Below, piece after piece: positions 38,377 through 46,156 of a stretch of 46,156 nt of DNA. The stretch is from Promethearchaeia archaeon. Its GTDB lineage: Archaea; Asgardarchaeota; Lokiarchaeia; Sigyniarchaeales; SOKP01. Below the pieces are notes generated by a model. It ran no database searches. It was not told where the DNA came from and worked only from the letters and a program-made list of their open reading frames with translations. Position 1 is the first letter of the stretch; every line of letters starts with the position of its first letter. The translations under genes were made by a program, and so were the position numbers. Location: the NCBI GenBank assembly GCA_029856125.1, contig JAHQWJ010000036.1:1-46156 (forward strand), written 5' to 3'.

Positions 38377-39594
38377 ATGAATATGGAGGATCTTACAATT
38401 CTAGTAAATATACTCGTTATTATTATTGGATATTTCATTGGTTCAATAAACCCTGCTTATATTTTTGGTAGATTCAAAAATTTTGACATAAGAGATAAAG
38501 GAGATGGTATAGCCGGGACAGTAAACACTTACCATAATTTAGGCGTTAAATACGCAATACCTACAGGTATGTTTGATTTTTTCAAAGGGATATTAGTAAT
38601 ATATTTAGCATTAATTTTAGGCGCGGATTTTGTTTTTGCGCAAATAAGTGGTCTTGCCGCTATTGTGGGGCACATATTTCCTTTTTACATCAAATTCCGT
38701 GGAGGTCAGGGTATGGCCTGTACATCGGGAATCTTGCTTGCTTATTTACTGAATTATCTCCTTACTGGGCCCCAAATGCTTTTTTTTATCTTATTTTATC
38801 TTATCTTTGTCATTGCGATTTTCGTTTATATTACGAGGACAGGGATTATTGTTGTTATATTTGTTCTGCCTTTAATTGGATACGCTGCTTTCATTTATTA
38901 TCCTACAAATCCATATAATCTTTTCTTTTGGATTGTGATCGCTTATGATGCTTCTATATCCTTCTACGATATGCTAAAGGGGAAAGTTATAAAAATTGAA
39001 GACGAAAATTTTAACTCTCACTGGTGGCGGGTAGCTACTAGGCCGTTTGCTTTACTTTTCATTATTTTTTACATAATCTACACCCAAACAGTCGCTCTAA
39101 TGATCATAGGCATTGTTGCGATAATTTTTATTGCTCTTGATATTACCAGATTTCTCCACAAACAAACAAACGAACTGTTTACTGTAAGGATTAAGTCAAT
39201 TTTTAGAAAAAATGAAGTTAAAAAGTTTTCGTCTATGACGATATTCTTGGTAGCTACGTTCATTTCAATTCTATTATTTGAAAAGGCAATCGCTATCACT
39301 GCGTTAGTTTTTCTAATTTTTGGTGATATTTTCAGTAAAATATTCGGGCTAGCATTTGGCAGACATAAAATATTTCATAAAACCCTTGAGGGTACATTAG
39401 CATATTTCGGATGCATGTTTATTTGTGGATACATCCTCTATACTACTCTAAATATTCCATTATTTATCCTCATAATAGGAGGAATCAGCGCACCGTTGGT
39501 AGAGTTATTTTCATTTCAGTTAAACGATAATTTTACAGTTTCTTTAATTAGTGGTTCTATTATGACTGTAGCACGAGTATTCGGAGTTTTATAG
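38377..39594 (+). CDS. Fusion of PlsY-like glycerol-3-phosphate acyltransferase and CTP-dependent dolichol/phytol/DAG-kinase-like domain
   Basis: N-terminal GYFIGSINPAY, DIRDKGDGIAGTVN, DFFKG, GHIFPFYIKFRGGQG; C-terminal FGDIFSKIFG..FGRHK..KTLEGT, LVE....NDN. Confidence 0.85.
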   Translation: MNMEDLTILVNILVIIIGYFIGSINPAYIFGRFKNFDIRDKGDGIAGTVNTYHNLGVKYAIPTGMFDFFKGILVIYLALILGADFVFAQISGLAAIVGHIFPFYIKFRGGQGMACTSGILLAYLLNYLLTGPQMLFFILFYLIFVIAIFVYITRTGIIVVIFVLPLIGYAAFIYYPTNPYNLFFWIVIAYDASISFYDMLKGKVIKIEDENFNSHWWRVATRPFALLFIIFYIIYTQTVALMIIGIVAIIFIALDITRFLHKQTNELFTVRIKSIFRKNEVKKFSSMTIFLVATFISILLFEKAIAITALVFLIFGDIFSKIFGLAFGRHKIFHKTLEGTLAYFGCMFICGYILYTTLNIPLFILIIGGISAPLVELFSFQLNDNFTVSLISGSIMTVARVFGVL

Positions 39595-39700
39595 ACTAGA
39601 ATATTATTTTTTATCTTATTTTTTTTTTCTTTTAAAGTTAATCAAACCGTAAGATTTGATAAAAATTGTTATATATGGATAGATTATCTTATCTATAGGA

Positions 39701-40489
39701 ATGTCTTATATTGAGAAAAAATATAATACCAAAATTGCTGAAGTTTTTGATGATCTTTCTGCAATAGAGCAGGATATTCTTCGACTTTTTACCAATAAAT
39801 CAATCGAATTCTCAGATAAAATAGCAAAGCTATGCGCTCTCTGTACGAAAAATGTGAACCTTATTTTAAAGAAATTTTATCCAGAAATCAAACAAATTGA
39901 CGATAAGTTAAAAATTAAGTCGAGGTTGAAATTTTACTACGATTTGATTGACAAGTTGACTCATTATATAAGATGTGTGGAAGAGTTTCAAAAATTAGAC
40001 GATCAATATTACGATACTATTATAGAATTCATCGAGGAGAAAGAAGATTTAATATCAGGTAAATACACAGAAATAAGTACTCACGAGTTAACTGTCTTTT
40101 ACGATAAAAAAACGCGTGAAGATTTAGAACGAGTTCTGATAGAGAAAATAGAATCTAGGAGCAAACAATTTTTTACTTTCGGCTCATTAGAAGCAGAACT
40201 TAAAAAGATCGCCCGAATTGTGGGTGCGGACTCGATTTCGATAATTGATAACGAAGAAATGTTAAAAAGGTCTGAGTTTATCAACAATCCCAGAGCAATT
40301 ATTCATTATTCAGTTTATTCTACGGATGAAGAATTATTGAAAAAGATTGGGAGAGAATTAAAAGGATATCTCGTTTCCAAGGGATACGAAGCGATTATTC
40401 TCCTTCTTGAGATCTCTGATTATTCAACTGATCGCGATTATTTAACAGGCTCGGTTATTACTAATGCGAATTTAAATCCTGATAAGTAA
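39701..40489 (+). CDS. Hypothetical protein
   Basis: 262-aa ORF, helical N-terminus, alpha/beta C-terminus; no recognised motif. Confidence 0.7.
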   Translation: MSYIEKKYNTKIAEVFDDLSAIEQDILRLFTNKSIEFSDKIAKLCALCTKNVNLILKKFYPEIKQIDDKLKIKSRLKFYYDLIDKLTHYIRCVEEFQKLDDQYYDTIIEFIEEKEDLISGKYTEISTHELTVFYDKKTREDLERVLIEKIESRSKQFFTFGSLEAELKKIARIVGADSISIIDNEEMLKRSEFINNPRAIIHYSVYSTDEELLKKIGRELKGYLVSKGYEAIILLLEISDYSTDRDYLTGSVITNANLNPDK

Positions 40490-40504
40490 TTTTTAAAAAA
40501 AAAA

Positions 40505-41023
40505 TTAATTAAAAGTTTGAACAAACAGACTCTGAGCCGAATATATAGCGTCTGCTGTGCTATCTCCTTTAAAAGCTATAGTAACCGTATGATTTCCAGA
40601 GGATATTGTAGGGCTAGAATATTGTAAAGCGACTGATAATTGAATACCTCCAGGAGTAGCTGTACTATACCTCCAGACTTTCACATAAGGATAGTTCAAT
40701 CTAATATCATCTACACTGAATTCGATCATAACATAGGAATTGCCTGAGCTATCATCCAAGAGTACATGCCCTACATATGAAAAATAAACTGTTTCTCCTA
40801 AACCTACTGTAAAATCTATAGCTAAATTGCTAGATGTGTCCCAAGCCTCACCTGGAGACATATAGTCTACAAAACTGCCAAATTTGTACCACTGATTACC
40901 TGTAGAAGTTGTAGGAGGGACCGCAATAAAATTGTCATATAAAACAAATCCCCCTACACCAGCACTAATCATTACAGCAATAAGTCCTAATATTATTCCA
41001 CTTCTGTTTCCCATTTTTTTCAA
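40505..41023 (-). CDS. Membrane-anchored exported beta-rich protein
   Basis: N-terminal TM, PPTTST linker, beta-strand-rich domain (SGNHTVTI). Confidence 0.7.
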   Translation of the reverse strand: MKKMGNRSGIILGLIAVMISAGVGGFVLYDNFIAVPPTTSTGNQWYKFGSFVDYMSPGEAWDTSSNLAIDFTVGLGETVYFSYVGHVLLDDSSGNSYVMIEFSVDDIRLNYPYVKVWRYSTATPGGIQLSVALQYSSPTISSGNHTVTIAFKGDSTADAIYSAQSLFVQTFN

Positions 41024-41168
41024 CTTAATTTTATTATTTGAGTAAAAAATTAGGATAATATTACTTATAAATTTTTTACCTTTTTGTAATTATAATGAAC
41101 TATTTTATCATATTTTTAAGAGCTCAAAAAATATTTAACTTTTAATGCATTTATTTTGATGATAGTAT

Positions 41169-42644
41169 ATGGCTAAAAAGAAAAAGGAAGCTCCTTTAAC
41201 GGGAATCACAATTTCTAAAGAAGATGATTTTTCCGGTTGGTATACGGAGCTAATAAACAAGGCAGAGTTAGCTGATATTCGATATAACATCAAGGGTTTT
41301 GTCGTCTATCGAGAATGGGCAACCATCACGATTAGAAAAATGTATAAAAAAACCGAAGATTTGTTAGAAGAAAAAGGTCATCTCCCACTGACAATGCCAT
41401 CTCTTATTCCAGAATCTAATTTCTTATTAGAAGCAGAACATGTTGAAGGTTTTGCTCCAGAATTATTTTGGGTAACGGAAGCAGGTAATTCTGGCAAATT
41501 ACCAGAACGTTTGGCGTTACGTCCGACTAGTGAAACTGCGCTATACAAAATGTATTCAATGTGGATAAGAAGTTATAAAGATTTACCCTATAAAAGATAT
41601 CTTTCATGTCAAGTCTGGAGATACGAGGGAAAAATGACAAGGCCATTTCTCAGAGGCAGAGAATTTCATTGGATTGAATCACATAATGTTTTTGCCACAA
41701 TGGAGGGTGCGATGGAGCAGGTTAAAGAAGATATGGAATCGACATATCAAATTCTTCAGGATGAATGTTGTATTCCTATGATCTTTTTTCAAAGACCAGA
41801 ATGGGATAAATTTGCAGGAGCCGTTCATACTTATGCTGCTGATGCATTAATGGGATCTGGAAAAGTTCTGCAGTTACCTTCCACACATTTGTTAGGACAG
41901 AATTTCTCAAAACCATTTGATGTAAAATTTGTAGATACAGATGGAGAAGAGAAATACGGTTATCAGACTTGTTATGGTCCTGCTCAAAGTAGAAATTATG
42001 GAGCTATGATTGCCTATCTTGGGGATGACCAAGGGTTAGTTTTACCCTTTGATTTAGCACCAATCCAAATCGTAATTATTCCAATACTCTTCAAAGAGAA
42101 AGAGGATATCGTTCTTACTAAAGCAAAAGAAATATTTGAAAGGTTAAAAAACAAGTTTACGGTTAAAATCGATGATTCTGACGAGTCACCAGGAAGTAAA
42201 TTTTATAATTGGGAATTAAAAGGAGTCCCGATTCGGATTGAAATCGGACCAAGAGACTTAGAAAAAAACCAAATGGTATTAGTAAAAAGACACGATGGAA
42301 AGAAGATATTTGTTAAAGATCCCGATCTAGAAAAAGTTGTAGACGAAATTGCTCAAAACTATACTAGAGAAATTAAAGAAAAGTCTATGATCGACTTCGA
42401 ATCGCAAATTGAATTGACCTATGAGAAGGACGCAGCAATTGAAGCAATAAAAAACGGAAAAATAGTGGCTTGTGGTTTTTGTTCTATAGATTTAGATGGT
42501 GAACGTTGCGCTGAAATTGTTGAAAAAGATATTGGTGCGGAAGTAAGAGGTAAAAGAGTAGATGAAGAGAAACACGAGTTCGCCACTTGCTTAATTTGCG
42601 GTAAACCCGCTTCGTGCACTGTTTATCTAGCAAAAAGTTATTAA
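41169..42644 (+). CDS. proS: Proline--tRNA ligase (archaeal/eukaryotic type)
   Basis: FSGWY, HVEGFAPE, LRPTSET, RYE..TRPFLRGREFHW, HLLGQNFSKPF, GVPIRIEIGPRD, C-terminal Zn cysteines, AKSY. Confidence 0.97.
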   Translation: MAKKKKEAPLTGITISKEDDFSGWYTELINKAELADIRYNIKGFVVYREWATITIRKMYKKTEDLLEEKGHLPLTMPSLIPESNFLLEAEHVEGFAPELFWVTEAGNSGKLPERLALRPTSETALYKMYSMWIRSYKDLPYKRYLSCQVWRYEGKMTRPFLRGREFHWIESHNVFATMEGAMEQVKEDMESTYQILQDECCIPMIFFQRPEWDKFAGAVHTYAADALMGSGKVLQLPSTHLLGQNFSKPFDVKFVDTDGEEKYGYQTCYGPAQSRNYGAMIAYLGDDQGLVLPFDLAPIQIVIIPILFKEKEDIVLTKAKEIFERLKNKFTVKIDDSDESPGSKFYNWELKGVPIRIEIGPRDLEKNQMVLVKRHDGKKIFVKDPDLEKVVDEIAQNYTREIKEKSMIDFESQIELTYEKDAAIEAIKNGKIVACGFCSIDLDGERCAEIVEKDIGAEVRGKRVDEEKHEFATCLICGKPASCTVYLAKSY

Positions 42645-42683
42645 ATGTCAAAAAAAAAATCAATTTAATAAAGGTGCTATACA

Positions 42684-42860
42684 ATGTCGGAAAAAGAAAA
42701 AGTATTAAATGTGTTTAAATTCTCAGAAAATCCATTAAGACCGGGAGATATAGCTAAAGAAACAGGAATAGAATCAAAGGAAGTTTCGAAATTTATTAAG
42801 GAGCTTCGAGAAGAAGGTAAAGTGTATTCTCCTAAACGTTGTTATTACGCATTAAAATAA
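42684..42860 (+). CDS. Small winged-helix protein (58 aa), absent from ORF track
   Basis: MSEKEKVLNVFKFSENPLRPGDIAKETGIESKEVSKFIKELREEGKVYSPKRCYYALK; AAGGTG upstream; T-tract downstream. Confidence 0.85.
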   Translation: MSEKEKVLNVFKFSENPLRPGDIAKETGIESKEVSKFIKELREEGKVYSPKRCYYALK

Positions 42861-42898
42861 TTTCTAACTACCTTTTTTTCTAATACTTATTTATTATT

Positions 42899-43192
42899 TT
42901 ATCTTTCTGTATATCCAATAAATCCAGCAACTAAGATTAATATTCCTCCTGCTAGGCTACTAAATATTAATATTACTATCCCTAATCCTACAAATAATAA
43001 CCAATTCATAGGTACAGGATCACCAGGTCTGATGACGCTAAGTAAGATAATTATAGATAGAACAATTGAAAGTACAATTGAAATTACTTTAGTTGTATCA
43101 ACATTCCTCTCGTTAATACTCATTATAGTTTCAATTAAAGTAATTGCTCCACCTAAACCCCCTAACAATCTCATTAAATCTTCTTCTCTCAT
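42899..43192 (-). CDS. Small multi-TM membrane protein
   Basis: 97 aa, three to four hydrophobic segments. Confidence 0.7.
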   Translation of the reverse strand: MREEDLMRLLGGLGGAITLIETIMSINERNVDTTKVISIVLSIVLSIIILLSVIRPGDPVPMNWLLFVGLGIVILIFSSLAGGILILVAGFIGYTER

Positions 43193-43336
43193 TTCATCAC
43201 TTTATATTATATTGTTTATAGAAAATGTTTCATGCTTATCTAAGAGCTTTTCTTAGATTTATGATGTTATTTTTGGTATTTAAAACCAATTGGAATAAGT
43301 TTAAAATTTTTCAATTAGAGAATCGTTAATTATTTT

Positions 43337-44284
43337 TTGATATTCATATTTACAACTATAAAATGGATATGTTTTTTCATGGATGATTTCATACAACCGT
43401 TAAGTGAGGATTTTTCTGACATTTTTTTCATCAAAGGAAAAAATAATGCGAGGTATCCTTATTCCAATTCACTATTAATTGGAGATCACCTCATCGATAC
43501 GGGAGTCTCCCCCAACCATCTTCGAAAATTAAAAAGAACATTTCCAATAAACCACGTGTTGTTCACTCATTGGCACGAAGATCATATTTCAGGAAATTAT
43601 CTATTAAATAACGTGAAGTTCTATTGTCATTCCAAGGATGTACTCCCGATTGAAAATGTCGAAAAAATGATTCCACTCTACAATGTTAGAAATACTCCTG
43701 TTGAAGACGAATTAATAAGCCTAATCAAACTTTTAAGGATGCAAAACATTAAAATAGATGCTTTACTTGAAGATAACGATATTTTTGACATTGGGGAGCA
43801 GTTGAAATTAAAAGTCCTTTTTACACCAGGTCACACAGCAGGACATTGTGCATTCTATGAACAAAACTCAAAAATAGCTTTTCTTGGCGATATTGACCTT
43901 ACGAGACACCCTTATTATGGAAATCTTGATGCAAGTTTAATTGATTTTGAGGAATCAATAGCTAAAATTAAAAGTTTGGACGTAAATATTGTGGTTACTG
44001 GACATAAGGGTATAATTGAAGGGAAGAAAAAAATTAACGAGGAAATTGAAAAATACAAGTTAATCTTGTATGAACGCGGCGAGAGAATTCTCACTTTCTT
44101 CTCAGAAAGAAGTAGACCAATTAAACTAAATGAATTTAAAAGTAGCAATATTATATACCGAAAATATTCTGCCTTTAAGGATTTTGAAATAATCGCTGAA
44201 CTTATTATGATTGAAAAGCACTTAGAAAAGTTCATTAAAAAAGGAATAATATCTGAAAATAATAAGGGGTATATTCTAAATTAA
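43337..44284 (+). CDS. Metallo-beta-lactamase-fold hydrolase
   Basis: THWHEDH, TPGHTAGH, GDID, TGH; real start probably ATG at 43379. Confidence 0.9.
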   Translation: MIFIFTTIKWICFFMDDFIQPLSEDFSDIFFIKGKNNARYPYSNSLLIGDHLIDTGVSPNHLRKLKRTFPINHVLFTHWHEDHISGNYLLNNVKFYCHSKDVLPIENVEKMIPLYNVRNTPVEDELISLIKLLRMQNIKIDALLEDNDIFDIGEQLKLKVLFTPGHTAGHCAFYEQNSKIAFLGDIDLTRHPYYGNLDASLIDFEESIAKIKSLDVNIVVTGHKGIIEGKKKINEEIEKYKLILYERGERILTFFSERSRPIKLNEFKSSNIIYRKYSAFKDFEIIAELIMIEKHLEKFIKKGIISENNKGYILN

Positions 44285-44341
44285 AAAAAAAAGAGAAATT
44301 GGATATCCTTTTTTAAAAGCTTTTTTTTGTAATAACAAATT

Positions 44342-45640
44342 TTGATCCTTATGGAAAGTAAAAAGCCAATTTTGTTCGAGGTATATCCAAATTTAGAGGG
44401 AAAAGTTCCATGGATCTCAATATTAACGGGAATACCTTCTAATGTTGATAGGTTAACACAATTAGAAAATTACTTGAAATTAAACGATGGCGAATTATAT
44501 ATTAAGCGTGATGACAAAGATCATAAAATATATGGTGGCAACAAACTTAGAAAGTTTGAATTTATTTTTGGGGAGGCTCTAAAGAAAAAAAAGAGGGGCA
44601 TAATAACTTTGGGAGGAATTGGTACAAATCACGGAGCAGCTTGTGCAATTATAGCGAAAGAACTGGATTTAAAGTGCGAGTTGTTTTTATCCCTTCAACC
44701 AGTGACTTGGCATGTTCAGCGTTCTCTTCTTTTATATCATTATTTTGGGGCAAAATTACATTTTACTAAGATGTTTGAATTTGGTGTTCTCAAAAGCTTG
44801 TTGTTTAGAATGTTTCATCCGAAGTATTATTTAATGTCAGTTGGTGGTTCACCTCTCCTTGGATTTGGAACACATTTAGGAACTATAGGCTTTATTAATG
44901 CAATTTTTGAATTAAAAAGCCAGATTAATGAAGGAATTCTTTCGGAACCGGATATCATTTTTGTGGCAGCAGGATCAACCGGAACAGCAGCAGGTCTCAC
45001 AGCCGGTTGCAAACTCCTAGGATTAAAAACTAAAGTCTACCCAGTTAATGTTTCTAGGGATATTGTTGTTAACCCAAAAAGGCTAATTAAAATCGCAAAT
45101 AAATCGATTAAATATCTAAGAAAACGAGATAAATCTATACCGGATGTCCAAGTTAATCACGATGATTTTAATATGATTAAGGGATATTTAGGTTCTAATT
45201 ATGGTGTAAAAACAGTTAAGGGGCAAAAAGCGGTAGATTTAGTTTACGAGCTAGAGGGGAAAAAATTAGACTTCAAATTAGAAACGACTTATACCGGTAA
45301 GACAATGGCAGCAATGCTAGATTTTCTGGAAAAAGAGGAAAACAAATCAAAAAAAATTCTATTTTGGAACACCTACAATTCGAACGATTTAGATACATAT
45401 CTTAGAGAAACCAATTTTGACTTCGAGAAATTACCTAAAAAATTCCATAAATATTATGCTAAAAAAATATTTCAGTGCTGGCAACTCGCAGATTGCCCTG
45501 AAGATACGAGAAACAAATGTCCTGCGTATTTGAATCATGAATATAGGTATTGGAAAGTTACAGTGTGTAAATTAGGAAAAGATAAGCAATCAACAATTAA
45601 AGAAAAATTAAGTATGGTCATAAATTTAGAAGATGCATAA
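44342..45640 (+). CDS. ACC deaminase / D-cysteine desulfhydrase family PLP enzyme with C-terminal Cys-rich extension
   Basis: IKRDD, GGNKLRKFEF, GTNH, GSTGTAAGL, LETTYTGK, FWNT. Confidence 0.9.
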   Translation: MILMESKKPILFEVYPNLEGKVPWISILTGIPSNVDRLTQLENYLKLNDGELYIKRDDKDHKIYGGNKLRKFEFIFGEALKKKKRGIITLGGIGTNHGAACAIIAKELDLKCELFLSLQPVTWHVQRSLLLYHYFGAKLHFTKMFEFGVLKSLLFRMFHPKYYLMSVGGSPLLGFGTHLGTIGFINAIFELKSQINEGILSEPDIIFVAAGSTGTAAGLTAGCKLLGLKTKVYPVNVSRDIVVNPKRLIKIANKSIKYLRKRDKSIPDVQVNHDDFNMIKGYLGSNYGVKTVKGQKAVDLVYELEGKKLDFKLETTYTGKTMAAMLDFLEKEENKSKKILFWNTYNSNDLDTYLRETNFDFEKLPKKFHKYYAKKIFQCWQLADCPEDTRNKCPAYLNHEYRYWKVTVCKLGKDKQSTIKEKLSMVINLEDA

Positions 45641-45657
45641 GAGTTTTCGATGCATTT

Positions 45658-46155
45658 CTATTTAAGTTTTAATTTCATTATATTCTCAATTAGTTTCTTA
45701 ATTAATGTATATAGCACTCCAACATCCGCAATTTTTAATTTTTCGCTCGGAGAATGCAATCCATCTACAGTTGGACCAAGGGAGACCATCTGGAGCCCAC
45801 TTATTCTAGTACTTAGCATCCCCGTTTCTAAACCACCATGTATTACTATAGTTTTTACTGTCTTTTTCAATATTTCTTCAAATTCCGTTTTTACATAGCT
45901 TAAGAGTTTAGATTCTAGATCTGGGAGCCATTCGGGTAAAACTGGTCTTAAAAACACCTCCCAACCTCCGATCTCTCCTAGTTGTTTCATAGAGACGCAA
46001 AAAGAGTTCAATTCGCTTCTGATCATGCTTCGCGGGTAAAGCCAGATTATTTCGGTTTCCACTTCTGTGTTAATGATAGCTAGATTATTGGAACTTTCTA
46101 TAAATTTATCGTAAATAGAGGATGTTTTTAAGACACCATGGGGGATTATATTGAT
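45658..46155 (-). CDS. pepD: Aminoacyl-histidine dipeptidase (M20 family), 3' part; 5' end lies beyond the window
   Basis: Frame open to window edge (PHGV...ESSNNLAII); IHGGLETG, SLGPT..LHSPSEK. Confidence 0.85.
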   Translation of the reverse strand: MNIIPHGVLKTSSIYDKFIESSNNLAIINTEVETEIIWLYPRSMIRSELNSFCVSMKQLGEIGGWEVFLRPVLPEWLPDLESKLLSYVKTEFEEILKKTVKTIVIHGGLETGMLSTRISGLQMVSLGPTVDGLHSPSEKLKIADVGVLYTLIKKLIENIMKLKLK

Positions 46156-46156
46156 G

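Noticed and set aside
1762-45898. Remaining short overlapping ORFs in the track (e.g. 1762-2055, 14058-14294, 22982-23239, 35144-35467, 43915-44235, 45650-45898)
   Set aside because: Antisense or alternate-frame to well-supported genes, with composition typical of shadow ORFs
1-46156. tRNA, rRNA, IS elements, integrase or prophage
   Set aside because: No cloverleaf, GC-rich rRNA-like tract, transposase, integrase or viral hallmark recognised

Overview
AT-rich, gene-dense archaeal chromosome segment, most likely from an Asgard archaeon (Lokiarchaeia/Promethearchaeia). This assignment is inferred from an archaeal histone, TFB, proteasome beta subunit and archaeal-type ProRS occurring alongside eukaryotic-signature proteins: a two-domain gelsolin, a Rab-like GTPase fusion, a longin-like protein and a C4HC3 RING protein. 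I saw no rRNA, tRNA, CRISPR array, transposase or prophage. Five observations stand out. (1) An unannotated ~75-nt minus-strand hairpin at 9435-9509 has H/ACA-guide architecture with a K-turn, and its two pocket strands are complementary to LSU rRNA helix 69 around U1911 (E. coli numbering), but it has no canonical ACA box. (2) A PlsY-like acyltransferase is fused to a CTP-dependent lipid kinase, lies next to a membrane esterase, and shares the window with a G3P dehydrogenase-like operon. (3) A distinctive zinc-ribbon module is shared by the gelsolin and a nearby small coiled-coil protein. (4) A seven-repeat surface beta-propeller has hypervariable positions on a nearly DNA-identical scaffold. 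(5) A non-catalytic proteasome beta subunit is followed by a coiled-coil RING protein. A 58-aa winged-helix ORF missed by the ORF track was also found. All family calls come from motif recognition by eye, not database searches.
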